Shown in pieces: positions 46,119-56,029 of a stretch of 64,000 nt of DNA. Location: the NCBI GenBank assembly GCA_001799735.1, contig MGUA01000006.1, forward strand, positions 13,733 through 77,732. Direction: 5' to 3'. The translations under genes and the position numbers were made by a program. How positions within the stretch are numbered: position 1 is the stretch's first letter; each line of letters opens with the position of its first letter. Under the pieces are notes generated by a model. The model had not been told where the DNA came from. It ran no database searches and saw nothing but the letters and a program-made list of their open reading frames with translations. Source of the DNA: Elusimicrobia bacterium GWB2_63_22. Lineage in GTDB: Bacteria; Elusimicrobiota; Elusimicrobia; Elusimicrobiales; UBA9959.

Positions 46119-47726
46119 TTACATCCGCTCCGGGGCGGAGACGCCCAGCAGGCCGAGGCCCCTGGCTATCACGCCCTGCACCCGCTTGAGCAGGAACAGC
46201 CGGAACGCGGTGGTTTCCTTGTGCTCCGGGTCCAGCACTTTGTTGCGGTCGTAGAACGAATGGAAGCTCGCCGCCAGCTCGGTGAGGTAAGTGGTCAGGT
46301 GGTGGGGGGACTGGTCGCGGGCGCAGTCGGCCAGCGCCTTCTCCATCCACAGCAGCTTCAGCATCAGGGCGCGCTCGTCGGGATTGATAACGGTCTTGGC
46401 CTCTTCGAAGCCCGCGGCCGGGTCCACGCCCTTGGCGGCCGCGTTGTCGAAGATGGACGCGATGCGCGCGTGCACGTACTGCACGTAGTACACCGGGTTG
46501 TCGTTGGACTTCTTCTTGGCCAGTTCCACGTCGAAGTTCATGTGGGCGTTGGGCCCGCGCGCGGCGAAGAAGAAGCGGCAGGCGTCGCGGCCCACGTCGT
46601 CGAGCAGCTCTTTGAGCGAGATAAAATCTCCGGCGCGCTTGGACATCTTCACCACTTCGGTGCCGCGCAGCAGCGCCACCTGCTGGTGGATGATCACCTT
46701 GAAGGAGCCCAGGCCCTTGCCCAACGCGCCCACGGCCGCCTCCAGCCGCGGCACGTAGCCGTGGTGGTCGGCGCCCCAGATGTCCACCAGGCGGTTGAAG
46801 CCACGGGAGAACTTGTTGAGGTGGTAGGCGATGTCGTTGAGGAAATAGGTGTTGCGGCCGTCGGATTTGACCAGCACGCGGTCTTTGTCGTCGGAGGAAA
46901 GCTCTGAGGCGGCGCCGAACCAGGTGGCCCCCTCTTTCTCGTAGGCCATGCCCTTCTCTTTCAGGGTGGCCAGCGCCTTGGCGGGGGCCCCGGCCGCGTG
47001 CAGCTCGGACTCCAGGAACCAGCGGTCGAACTCCACGCCGAAGGCCGCCATGTCGGTCTTGTGCAGCTTTAGCATCTCGGCCACGGCGTATTCGGAAAAC
47101 TGTGTTTCGCTCCAGCCGGTGGCCGTAGGCGGCAGCGCGGCGGCCATGTCTTTCAGATAATCGCCCTGGTAGCCGTCCTTCGGGGGCTCCTGGTCCTCAA
47201 AACGCGCCCGCAGCGAGCGGCCCAGCAGTTCCACCTGCCGGCCCACGTTGTTGACGTAAAATTCGGTGGTCACTTCGGCGCCCAGCGCGCGCCAGATCCG
47301 GGCCAGGCTGTCGCCCAGCGTGGCGCCGCGGCCGCTGGCCAGGTGCATGGGGCCGGTGGGGTTGGCAGAAACGAACTCCAGGTTGATCTTCTCGCCGGCG
47401 AATTCCGGGCGGTTAAAGCAGCCGGGCTTGTCCAGCTCCCGCACGGCGGCGAACAGGAAAGCGTCGGGGAACTTCACGTTCACAAAGCCGGGGGGCACGG
47501 CCTGGGGGTCGAACTCGGCGCCCAGCGCGGCCTTGAGCTCCTCGGCGATAACGAGCGGCGGTTTCTTGAGCAGCCGGGCCCCGGCGATAGGCCAGGAGAT
47601 GGAGGCGTCGGCCTTGATGTGCGGCGGCGGCGCGGCCAGGCAGAAGGCGGCCGCGGCGGCGTCGTCCAGGGAAAAGGCCGCCTTAGCGCGGCTTTTAAGG
47701 TCGGCTTCGAGCGTGGAGATCTTCAT
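46119..47726 (-). CDS. argS: Arginine--tRNA ligase
   Basis: EFVSANPTGPMH, WGADHHGY, MSKRAG, YVQYVHAR, GVSAPERM. Confidence 0.97.
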   Translation of the reverse strand: MKISTLEADLKSRAKAAFSLDDAAAAAFCLAAPPPHIKADASISWPIAGARLLKKPPLVIAEELKAALGAEFDPQAVPPGFVNVKFPDAFLFAAVRELDKPGCFNRPEFAGEKINLEFVSANPTGPMHLASGRGATLGDSLARIWRALGAEVTTEFYVNNVGRQVELLGRSLRARFEDQEPPKDGYQGDYLKDMAAALPPTATGWSETQFSEYAVAEMLKLHKTDMAAFGVEFDRWFLESELHAAGAPAKALATLKEKGMAYEKEGATWFGAASELSSDDKDRVLVKSDGRNTYFLNDIAYHLNKFSRGFNRLVDIWGADHHGYVPRLEAAVGALGKGLGSFKVIIHQQVALLRGTEVVKMSKRAGDFISLKELLDDVGRDACRFFFAARGPNAHMNFDVELAKKKSNDNPVYYVQYVHARIASIFDNAAAKGVDPAAGFEEAKTVINPDERALMLKLLWMEKALADCARDQSPHHLTTYLTELAASFHSFYDRNKVLDPEHKETTAFRLFLLKRVQGVIARGLGLLGVSAPERM

Positions 47727-48320
47727 TTATTTCTTCTTCGAAACCTTTTTAGCGGGCTTCTTTTTGGGCGCGGCTTTCTTTGCCGGCTTCGCTTTCTTGG
47801 CCGCGGCTTTCTTGGGCGCGGCCTTCTTAACGACGGCCTTTTTAGCGGGCTTGGCTTTTTTCACGGCCGGCTTTTTGGCGGCCGGGGCTTTCTTGGCGGG
47901 AGATTTTTTCGGGGCGGGCGCGGGGGCCGGCGCAGGGGCGGGCGCGGCCGCAACGGCGGGCGCCTCCTCCCAGGCTATCGGCTTGCAGGCGGAGTAGACT
48001 TTCTCTATGGCGTAGAATTCCGCGGCTTTCTGATCGTAAATATGGACCAGTACCCCGCCGTAGTCCAGCACTTTCCAGTTCTTGGAACGCATGCCGTCCT
48101 TGTGCAGGCAGTAGATCCCCTGGTGCTTGAGCTGCACCAGGATCTCCTCTTCCACCGCGTCCAGCTGCGGCGCGGATTCCACGCCCAGCAGCACGGCGTA
48201 GTCGGCCAGCGGGGATTTGCCGGCCAGGTCGAATACGATCACGGGGTCGGCTTTCTTGGCGTCGCCGGCACGGGCGGCCTCGAAGGCGAGTTTCTTAAAG
48301 CTGCTCTTGGAATTGGTCAT
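47727..48320 (-). CDS. rsfS: Ribosome silencing factor RsfS (Iojap) with Lys/Ala/Pro-rich C-terminal extension
   Basis: KKA.....DL....LADY, WKVLDYGGVLVHI, FYAIEKVY; nadD-operon context. Confidence 0.88.
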   Translation of the reverse strand: MTNSKSSFKKLAFEAARAGDAKKADPVIVFDLAGKSPLADYAVLLGVESAPQLDAVEEEILVQLKHQGIYCLHKDGMRSKNWKVLDYGGVLVHIYDQKAAEFYAIEKVYSACKPIAWEEAPAVAAAPAPAPAPAPAPKKSPAKKAPAAKKPAVKKAKPAKKAVVKKAAPKKAAAKKAKPAKKAAPKKKPAKKVSKKK

Positions 48321-49201
48321 ATGGTATTTTTGGTCTTCCTCAGCTGGGCCAGCATCGCGGCCTCGGCCTGGTGCTCTATATTTATCATAGCGGAACCCGC
48401 TATAGAGGATATTGTATTAAATATGGTGGCGAGGTTGTTTTTCTCCACCGAGGAAAGCTTCTCGGAACGCTCGAAGACCGCGCAGGCCAGCCGCCGGCCC
48501 TCGGCCGAACACTCCAGCACGTAGCGGTTGTCGCCGTCCCAGCCGTTCTGCGGCCTGGTCGGCAGCTGCGGGGGTACTCCCTTGAACATCTCCCTGGCGT
48601 ATACTTCCTCGTATTCCTCGTTGAAGATGTTGTAGGTGTAGGCCCTGACGTTCCACTCGCCTTCCAGGTAGATGCGCATCTCGGTCATCACCGCGGCCAG
48701 GAACTCGGCCGGGGACTTATGCTGCGCCAGCAGCAGGCGGCTCAGGTCGAACAGCATGGTGAGCTCGCTGGAGGTGTGCTGCAGGCGGCGGAACACCGTG
48801 CGCATGATCGCGCTGAAAATGCTGATGCCGGTCTCCGGGTGCTCCTTGATGAAGGCGAAGAACTGGGTCCTGCCCACCTCGAACAGCGCGGCGTCGGCGG
48901 AGGCCCGGGCCTGAGCGAAACGCGCCTGGCCCTCCTCCAGCACGGCCATCTCGCCGAAGAAGTCGCCGGCCGAGAGGATGGCCAGCGTCTTGAATTCGCG
49001 GCCTTCCTCGTCCAGCGCTTTTTCTATGACCACCTCGCCGTTCACCAGGATATAGAGGGTGTCGCCGGTGCTTTTTTCCTTGAAGATCACGTCCCCCGCC
49101 CCGTAGGAAGTCTGCTTGAAATAACCCGAGAATTCCGCCAGCATGCTCTCCGACAGGTTGCGGAACAGGGGGATCTCTTTCAATTTGGCCGTATCTGACA
49201 T
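48317..49201 (-). CDS. Cyclic nucleotide-binding domain protein
   Basis: LKEIPLF, IFKE...GDTLYIL..GEV, GDFFGEMAVL; no HTH evident. Confidence 0.85.
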   Translation of the reverse strand: MSDTAKLKEIPLFRNLSESMLAEFSGYFKQTSYGAGDVIFKEKSTGDTLYILVNGEVVIEKALDEEGREFKTLAILSAGDFFGEMAVLEEGQARFAQARASADAALFEVGRTQFFAFIKEHPETGISIFSAIMRTVFRRLQHTSSELTMLFDLSRLLLAQHKSPAEFLAAVMTEMRIYLEGEWNVRAYTYNIFNEEYEEVYAREMFKGVPPQLPTRPQNGWDGDNRYVLECSAEGRRLACAVFERSEKLSSVEKNNLATIFNTISSIAGSAMINIEHQAEAAMLAQLRKTKNTI

Positions 49202-49247
49202 ATCGCCTCCGGTAAAGTTCCCGAAAGGGCCCGCGCCCGGGGTAAAA

Positions 49248-50333
49248 CTACAGCGCCGCGCCGACCCCGCCGCCGCCGCAGAGCTTGCGCATGGCCTCGG
49301 GGTCGTGGGCCTTGGCGGCCGCCACGTCCATGTCCACCAGGTTTTGCTTTACCAGCATGGCCAGGGCCCTGTCCATCGGCATCATGCCGTACTTGGCGCC
49401 GGTCTCTATGGCGGAGTAGATCATGTGCGTCTTGCCCTCGCGGATGAGGTTCTGGATGGCGGGCGTCATCACCATGATCTCGCGGGCGGCCACGCGGCCC
49501 TTGCCGTCCTTGCGCGGCAGCAGGATCTGCGAGACCACGCCCTGCAGCGAGGCGGCCAGCTGCACGCGCACCTGCGTCTGCTGGTGCGGGGGGAACACGT
49601 CGATGATGCGGTCCACGGTGGACGGCGCGTCCTGCGTGTGCAGGGTGGCGAACGTCAGGTGGCCGGTCTCGGCGGCGGTGATGGTCAGCTGGATGGTCTC
49701 CAGGTCGCGCATTTCGCCCACCAGGATGACGTTGGGGTCCTCGCGCAGGGCCGCCCTGAGCGCGTTATTGAACGAGCGGGTGTGCTGGCCGATCTCGCGC
49801 TGGCGCACCACGCAGGCCTGCGGCTCGTAGGTGAACTCTATCGGGTCCTCGACGGTGAGGATATGCCCCTTGCGCTGGATGTTGATCTGGTTGATCAGCG
49901 CGGCCAGCGTGGTGGATTTGCCGGAACCCGTCGGGCCGGTCACCAGGATGAGGCCCTTGGGGATCTTGGAGAAATTCACTATCGTCGGCGGCAGCCCGAG
50001 CTCCTCGGGGGTGGGGATCTTGGACGGGATGACGCGCATCACGGCTTCCACGCCGTTGCGGGCCACCAGCACGTTGAGGCGGAAGCGGGACACGCCGGTC
50101 ACCGCGAAAGAGCAGTCCAGCTCCCAGTCCTTCTCCAGCTTGGCGCGCTGCTCGTCGTAAAGGGTGGAGTAGATGAGCGTCTTGGTATTCTCGGCGCTGA
50201 GCGGCGGCACGCCGTCCATCACCGGGATGATCTCGCCGTTAAGGCGCATCATCGGCGGCTTGTTGACGCAGATGTGAATATCGCTGGACCCCTTCTGCAC
50301 GGCGGTCCGCAGGATGGTAACCATGTCTATCAT
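49248..50333 (-). CDS. pilT: Type IV pilus retraction ATPase PilT
   Basis: SDIH, GPTGSGKSTT, EDPIE, REDP..ILVGEMRD, ETGH...TLHT, AIQNLIRE. Confidence 0.95.
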   Translation of the reverse strand: MIDMVTILRTAVQKGSSDIHICVNKPPMMRLNGEIIPVMDGVPPLSAENTKTLIYSTLYDEQRAKLEKDWELDCSFAVTGVSRFRLNVLVARNGVEAVMRVIPSKIPTPEELGLPPTIVNFSKIPKGLILVTGPTGSGKSTTLAALINQINIQRKGHILTVEDPIEFTYEPQACVVRQREIGQHTRSFNNALRAALREDPNVILVGEMRDLETIQLTITAAETGHLTFATLHTQDAPSTVDRIIDVFPPHQQTQVRVQLAASLQGVVSQILLPRKDGKGRVAAREIMVMTPAIQNLIREGKTHMIYSAIETGAKYGMMPMDRALAMLVKQNLVDMDVAAAKAHDPEAMRKLCGGGGVGAAL

Positions 50334-50345
50334 TTAAGCCTCCCC

Positions 50346-51203
50346 TTACTTTTCCAGTATCGCCGGGTCGAAATCTTCGCCCAGTATCACCACCGCGCCG
50401 GCCACGCTTTTTTGCGAGGGCCGCACGCGGATCTCCAGCTCTTCCAGGCCGAGCGCGGCCCGCAGCTCCAGCGCGGCGGCCGTATTTTCGGAAAAGCCCA
50501 GTATCCTGGTCTGCCGCTCCCTCCTGGCGTAGGAGGCGGCGGTCAGCACGTCGAAGCCGCGGGCGCGCAGGTACTTGGCGGCCTTGGCCGCCAGGTCTTT
50601 TTTGCCCGAGGCGTTGAACACCTCCACGCGCGGCGCGGGACCGCGCGCCTCGGCGGCCTCGCCCGGCTCTTCAGGCTTGCGCTGGGCCTCGGTCAGGATG
50701 AAATTGGACGCGGTAAGCTGGGAAAATTCGGAAAAAAGGGTGAACAGGTCGAAGGCGGAAAGGTTGGTGGCGCCCGCAGCCCTGAGGCCGTAAACCCAGC
50801 GGGCGGCGGAAAAAAAGAGCCGCGGCTCGGCGCGCCAGTTGTTAAGCGTCCCCCACAGCACATCCAGGTCCGGCGCGGTGGAGAGGGCGACAAAGAAAAC
50901 GTCCTCCTGCCGGGCCTCCTCACTGGCGCCCGCGGAGACGGCCAGGGCCGAGGCCCGCTGCCAGCCGGAAGCCCCTCTTTTAGCCTTGGAGTGGGAGAAG
51001 GTGAAGGCGTTGACCGTACCGGAGAAAGGGTGGTAGGCCAGCAGGATGGAGGAGCGCTCGCCCAGCAGCGCCACGCGCACGTCGCGGCCGGCCATGACCG
51101 CCCCGGAAAGGGGCGAGAAATACTGCGCCGCGGCCAGGGCCAGCGCCGCCGCGACCCCAAGGGCCAGCATTATTCTTTCTTTTTTTCCTGAAGACTGTTC
51201 CAT
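50346..51203 (-). CDS. LytR C-terminal domain membrane protein
   Basis: N-terminal TM; VEVFNASGKKDLA...YLRARGF; VILGEDF. Confidence 0.8.
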   Translation of the reverse strand: MEQSSGKKERIMLALGVAAALALAAAQYFSPLSGAVMAGRDVRVALLGERSSILLAYHPFSGTVNAFTFSHSKAKRGASGWQRASALAVSAGASEEARQEDVFFVALSTAPDLDVLWGTLNNWRAEPRLFFSAARWVYGLRAAGATNLSAFDLFTLFSEFSQLTASNFILTEAQRKPEEPGEAAEARGPAPRVEVFNASGKKDLAAKAAKYLRARGFDVLTAASYARRERQTRILGFSENTAAALELRAALGLEELEIRVRPSQKSVAGAVVILGEDFDPAILEK

Positions 51204-52324
51204 AGCGCGACGCTCAGGGGGTGCACCCAGCCGTCCCCCGAAAATGCATAGACAAGTTTAACATAATTGGCCGCGAGGAACGCGGCCCCGAGATCTTCCC
51301 GCGCCAGGGCGCGCACCCGGCCCGCGGCCGGGAAAGTCCTGCCCTGGTTGGCCAGATCGCAGAGATAGACCAGGCGGGCCAGCGGCCCCATGCCGGGCGC
51401 GCCCGTGGCGTGCAGGGCCGCGGCTTCCAGCACTTCAGCGTCCCTGACGCCGAACCGGGACCGGGCGAGGGCCGCTCCGGCCCAGGCGTGCAGCAGCACC
51501 GGGGCCTTGGCCGCGGTTTCCCGCAGCGCGGCCTCCCGCGGGCCCCTGGCCAGCCGGGCCATGGCGGCGGGCGGCAGGTCCCTGGCGCAGTCGTGCAGCA
51601 GCGCGGCCAGCGCGGCCTTCTGCTGCGGCACGCCGGCCGCGGGCGCCAGGGCCACGGCCAGGCGGGCCGTCTCCACCGAATGGGCGAAGCGCGCCGGGGT
51701 GAGCAGGGTTTTAAGCAGCGCCCTCTCGCGCCCGAGGTAAAGCCCTTTCTTTTTTATGAGCCCCAGCACTCCCGGGAAGATCTGCGCCGGCTTCGCCCCC
51801 AGGAAAAGTTCTCCGCGGATGTCGCTTGACGCGGCCTGCGGGAAGCGGCCCTTCAGCGCCGTAAAGGGGACCGCGCCGCTTTTTTTTAAAGAGTAGCCGG
51901 GCCGCAGGCCGGCCAAGAGGCGGGCCTTCCTTAATATCTCCCCGCTGCGCCGCCAGCCCCGGAAACCGGCCAGGCAGTCGGAACCCAGCAGGAAATATAT
52001 GGGGGCGCCCGGGTGCAGCCGGCGGAAATGGGCGACGGTCTCCCAGGTGTAGACCACCCGGCCCAGCCCGGCCTCGAAAGAACTTATCTTTATCTCCCGC
52101 CTGCCGGCCAGGCCGGCCGCGGCCAGGGCCGCCTTCAGCATGGCGGCCCGCTCGCGGAAGGGCACCGGCCTCAGGTCCTTGAAAGGCGTATGAAAACCGG
52201 GGACGAAATAGAGCGCCTCGGGCGCCAGCTGGCGCAGGGCCGCCGCGGCCAGCGCCGTATGCCCTTTATGCGGGGGGTCGAAGCTGCCCCCGTAGATGAT
52301 GACCGGCTTTTTTTTATCAGCCAT
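51170..52324 (-). CDS. nadD: NadD (nicotinate-nucleotide adenylyltransferase)-YqeK (HD-domain Ap4A hydrolase) fusion
   Basis: GGSFDPPHKGH, LGSD, SSDIR; then HS...LLHDCA...LH..AG...HATG...YLCD. Confidence 0.9.
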   Translation of the reverse strand: MADKKKPVIIYGGSFDPPHKGHTALAAAALRQLAPEALYFVPGFHTPFKDLRPVPFRERAAMLKAALAAAGLAGRREIKISSFEAGLGRVVYTWETVAHFRRLHPGAPIYFLLGSDCLAGFRGWRRSGEILRKARLLAGLRPGYSLKKSGAVPFTALKGRFPQAASSDIRGELFLGAKPAQIFPGVLGLIKKKGLYLGRERALLKTLLTPARFAHSVETARLAVALAPAAGVPQQKAALAALLHDCARDLPPAAMARLARGPREAALRETAAKAPVLLHAWAGAALARSRFGVRDAEVLEAAALHATGAPGMGPLARLVYLCDLANQGRTFPAAGRVRALAREDLGAAFLAANYVKLVYAFSGDGWVHPLSVALWNSLQEKKKE

Positions 52325-52385
52325 ATGAGCCGCCTGTTATAAGTAGTATAATATACTTTAATTACTCTGTAAAAAGTACCGAACT

Positions 52386-53126
52386 ATGGCAAAACGCGAC
52401 AACTGCATAATACTCCTTGTGGACGCCCCCGAGGCCGGAAAAATAAACCCGGAACTCAAGACCGCTTTCGGCCCCGAGAGGGCCGTGCACATCAACGGGG
52501 ACCTGCTCTCCTCGGCCTACCGGCTGGCAAAAAGCTTCAGCGAGGCCATCGTCATCCTTTCCTATGAGAAGACCCCGAAGCACCCGGACCTGACCTGGCT
52601 GGACCAGGAAGATCCCGGTTTCCTGGAAGTCAAGAACCGCACCTGGGAAGAGCGGGCCCAGGACGCTTTCCAGCTGGCCTTCTTCACCGGCGCCAAAAAA
52701 GCGGTGCTGCTCAACCACCTTTCCCCCGACGTAAAAAAAGAATGGCTGCACCAGGCCTTCGACGCCGTCAACGACAAGACCGTGGCGGTCGGCCCCAACC
52801 AGGACGGCTCCTTCTGCCTCCTGGGCATGACCCAGCAGAACGCCCGCATCCTGGAGACGCACGGTTTCTCCGTCGGCAAGTCCGCCGAGAACCTCTCCGA
52901 GAGGGCCAAGAAGAACAAGCTTTCGGTTTTCAGCACGCCCGAGACCTATTCGGTGGCGAGCGAGGAAAACCTGCTGAAATGGATGGAGTCGAAGGAAGGC
53001 CTTCCGCCGCTGTTCCACCAGCCGGAACCGGCGCACGCCCCGGCCGAGCACAAGAAGCACCATAAGCGCCACAGCAGGTCAGGCGAGATCCCGGTGCAGC
53101 CGCCCCCGGAAAAACCGCCCCTCTGA
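52386..53126 (+). CDS. DUF2064 / CofC-like family protein, degenerate
   Basis: PEAGKIN, ERAQDAF, VAVGPNQDGSFCLLG. Confidence 0.7.
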   Translation: MAKRDNCIILLVDAPEAGKINPELKTAFGPERAVHINGDLLSSAYRLAKSFSEAIVILSYEKTPKHPDLTWLDQEDPGFLEVKNRTWEERAQDAFQLAFFTGAKKAVLLNHLSPDVKKEWLHQAFDAVNDKTVAVGPNQDGSFCLLGMTQQNARILETHGFSVGKSAENLSERAKKNKLSVFSTPETYSVASEENLLKWMESKEGLPPLFHQPEPAHAPAEHKKHHKRHSRSGEIPVQPPPEKPPL

Positions 53127-53198
53127 AACCGCAGCGATCTTTAAATCAGAACATGCCTCCCCGGCCCGCGCCGGGGACCGGCCTTTTACGGGGAGAAA

Positions 53199-54524
53199 AT
53201 GAAAAACATAGAACAGGTCTGTAAAAAGATATTCAAGCTGGCGCGCGGCGTTCAATGCGAGGTCATGGCCGAAAAACGCGACAGTTCGCTGACGCGCTTC
53301 GCCGACAACGTCATCTCGCAGAACGTCGCCTCCTCCGCGCTGAATTTCTCGGTGCGGCTGCTGGACGGCGGCCGCTCCGCGAAGATGAGCTTCAACCAGG
53401 CCGACGACGCCACGCTCAAGCACGCCGTCGCCTCCGGCCTGGAGATACTCAAAAAACAGAAAAAAGACCCGGCGCTGCTGCCGCTGGCCAAACCCCGCCC
53501 GATAGCTCCCGGCAAAAACATGTTCGACAGGGAGACGGCGGAACTCTCGCCCTCCTTCCGCGCCGGGAAGGCCGCCGAACTGGCCCGGGCCTGCGGCAAG
53601 ACCGGCCAGATCGCCTGCGGCACCGTGGACAACGGCGCTTCCGAGCTGGTCATCGCCAACAACCTGGGCCTTTTCGTCAGGCACCGCGACAGCTCCGTTA
53701 CCCACAGCGTCACCGTTAAGGACCACGACGGTTCCGGCTGGGCGGAAAAGACCTCGCACGACGTGAAGAACATAGACTTCGCGCGCCTCAACGAGACCGC
53801 GCGCGCCAAAGCCGCGGCCAGCCGCAAACCCCGCGATCCCAAACCCGGCAAATATACGGTAGTGCTGGAGCCGCAGGCGGTGGCGGACGTCCTTTCCTAC
53901 ATGAACGCCTACAGCTTCGGCGGACAGTTCTACAACGAGGGCCGCTCCTTCGTCTGCGGCAAGCTCGGCAAACAAGTGCTGAGCCCGCTGCTGACCCTGG
54001 AGGACGACGCTTGGGGCGCCGCTCCCGGCATGCCCTTCGACTTCGAAGGCCAGCCCCGCACCAAGGTGACGCTGGTGGAGAGGGGAGTGCTGAAGGCCAT
54101 CGTTCACGACCGCAAGACCGCCAGGAAGGCCGGGACGGCCTCCACGGGCCACGCCCTGCCCCAGCCCAGCTACTTCGGCCCGCTGGCCATCAACCTGGCC
54201 GTAAAGCCCGGCAAGGATAGCCTGCAGGACCTGATAAAGGGCACCGAGCGCGGCATTCTGGTGACGCAGTTCCATTACACCAACCTGCTCAAAGCCCAGA
54301 CCATGGAGATCACCGGCATGACCCGCAACGGCACCTTCATGATAGAGAACGGCAAAGTGGCCTACCCCATAAAGAACATGCGCTTCACGCAGAGCATGGT
54401 GGAGGCCTTCGCCAACATCGAGGCGGTGGGGTCGGAAGCGGAATTCCTGCAGGGCTGGGGCTACATCTCCTGCCCTCCGATGCGCCTGTCCGGTTTCAAC
54501 TTCTCGTCCGCGACCAAGTTCTAA
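53199..54524 (+). CDS. tldE: TldE/PmbA family protein
   Basis: LTRFADNVISQN, PGKYTVVLEP, PFDFEG, TGMTRNG, MRFTQS; no HExxxH. Confidence 0.88.
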   Translation: MKNIEQVCKKIFKLARGVQCEVMAEKRDSSLTRFADNVISQNVASSALNFSVRLLDGGRSAKMSFNQADDATLKHAVASGLEILKKQKKDPALLPLAKPRPIAPGKNMFDRETAELSPSFRAGKAAELARACGKTGQIACGTVDNGASELVIANNLGLFVRHRDSSVTHSVTVKDHDGSGWAEKTSHDVKNIDFARLNETARAKAAASRKPRDPKPGKYTVVLEPQAVADVLSYMNAYSFGGQFYNEGRSFVCGKLGKQVLSPLLTLEDDAWGAAPGMPFDFEGQPRTKVTLVERGVLKAIVHDRKTARKAGTASTGHALPQPSYFGPLAINLAVKPGKDSLQDLIKGTERGILVTQFHYTNLLKAQTMEITGMTRNGTFMIENGKVAYPIKNMRFTQSMVEAFANIEAVGSEAEFLQGWGYISCPPMRLSGFNFSSATKF

Positions 54525-54536
54525 GAGGATAAAAAA

Positions 54537-55982
54537 ATGTTCAAACTCGCTTCCAAAGCCATAGAAGTAGCCAACAAACACAAGGTGGACTTCGGCGACA
54601 TCCGCGTCGTCGAGGAACGCAACCAGACCGTGGCCGTAAAGAACGGCGAGATCAGCGCGCTGACGGACCAGACCACGCTGGGCTACGGCATCAGGGTGCT
54701 CTATAAGGGCGCCTGGGGCTTCGCCTCCGGCCGCGACATGACCGAGCGCGCCGTGGCCGACACCGCGCTGCGGGCCATCGCCATAGCCAAGGCCAGCCGC
54801 CTGCTGATGCGCGGGCGTGTGCGCCTGGCCCACGAGCCGGCCTACCAGGACTTCTGGCAGACCCCTTTCCTGAAAGACCCGTTCGCCGTGCCGGTGCAGA
54901 CCAAGCTGGACATGCTGTTCGCCCTGGACAAGACCCTGCGCGCCGACAAGAGGATAAAGGTCTCCGAGTCGGAGATGAACTTCATGCGCGAACACCAGTG
55001 GCACATGACCACCGAGGGTTCCCGCATCGAGCAGGTGCTGCTCAACTCCGGCGGCTGCGTCACCGCCACGGCGGTGCTTAACGGCGAGTCGCAGCTGCGC
55101 GGCTACCCGTGTTCCCACGGAGGCCAGTTCCTGGCCGGCGGCTGGGAGATAATAGAGGCCATGGACCTGCCCGCCCACGCCGACCGCGTGCGCGACGAAG
55201 CCATCGCCCTGCTCAAGGCCCCGGTCTGCCCCGCGGGCGTGAAGGACCTGATAATTTCCGGCAACCAGATGGCGCTGCAGATCCACGAGAGCGTGGGGCA
55301 CGCCAGCGAGCTCGACCGTGTGCTCGGCTACGAGGAATCCTACGCCGGTTCCAGCTTCGCCACCACGGAGAAGCTGGGCAAGTTCCGCTACGGCTCGGAG
55401 ATAGTGAACCTGGTGGCGGACGCCACCCTGCCCGGCGGCCTCGCCACCGCCGGCTACGACGACGACGCCGTGAAAGCCCAGCGCTGGCATATAGTCAAGG
55501 ACGGCATCCTGTCCGGCTACATGACCAACCGCGAGTTCTGCGGCCGCATCGGCAAGGACCGCTCCTGGGGTTCCTGCCGCGCCGACGGTTATTCCAACAT
55601 TCCGATAACCCGCATCTGCAACCTCAGCCTGATGCCCCACAAGGGCACTACCGAGGAGTTGGTGGCCGGAATCAAGGACGGCGTGATGATGGAGAACAAC
55701 ACGTCGTGGAGCATAGACCAGAGACGCCTGAACTTCCAGTTCGGCTGCGAGATCGGCTGGGAGATCAAGAACGGGAAAAAGGGCCGCATCCTCAAGAACC
55801 CCAGGTACCAGGGCATCACCCCGGAGTTCTGGGGCTCCTGTGACGCCATTGCCGGCCCCCAGGAGTGGCGCCTGTGGGGCGTTGCCAACTGCGGCAAGGG
55901 CCAGCCAGGCCAGCGGGCCATGATGTGCCACGGCTCAAGCCCGGCCCGCTTCCGCAAGGTAAAAATAGGTGTGCACGGCTAA
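54537..55982 (+). CDS. tldD: TldD metalloprotease
   Basis: IHESVGH, ELDR, GYDDD, SWSID, CGKGQP. Confidence 0.92.
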   Translation: MFKLASKAIEVANKHKVDFGDIRVVEERNQTVAVKNGEISALTDQTTLGYGIRVLYKGAWGFASGRDMTERAVADTALRAIAIAKASRLLMRGRVRLAHEPAYQDFWQTPFLKDPFAVPVQTKLDMLFALDKTLRADKRIKVSESEMNFMREHQWHMTTEGSRIEQVLLNSGGCVTATAVLNGESQLRGYPCSHGGQFLAGGWEIIEAMDLPAHADRVRDEAIALLKAPVCPAGVKDLIISGNQMALQIHESVGHASELDRVLGYEESYAGSSFATTEKLGKFRYGSEIVNLVADATLPGGLATAGYDDDAVKAQRWHIVKDGILSGYMTNREFCGRIGKDRSWGSCRADGYSNIPITRICNLSLMPHKGTTEELVAGIKDGVMMENNTSWSIDQRRLNFQFGCEIGWEIKNGKKGRILKNPRYQGITPEFWGSCDAIAGPQEWRLWGVANCGKGQPGQRAMMCHGSSPARFRKVKIGVHG

Positions 55983-56000
55983 AGGGCCTCCGCCCTGTAG

Positions 56001-56027
56001 AAAAGCGCCCCAAAAGGGCGCTTTTTT
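56001..56027 (+). terminator. Intrinsic terminator after tldD
   Basis: AAAAGCGCCC-CAAAA-GGGCGCTTTT and T-tract. Confidence 0.75.
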
Positions 56028-56029
56028 AT

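Noticed and set aside
47740..47960. Low-complexity DNA as a tandem repeat or mobile element
   Set aside because: It is the coding sequence of the RsfS Lys/Ala/Pro tail
53199..55982. TldD/E as part of a RiPP biosynthetic cluster
   Set aside because: No precursor peptide, YcaO or modifying enzyme nearby; looks like the housekeeping pair
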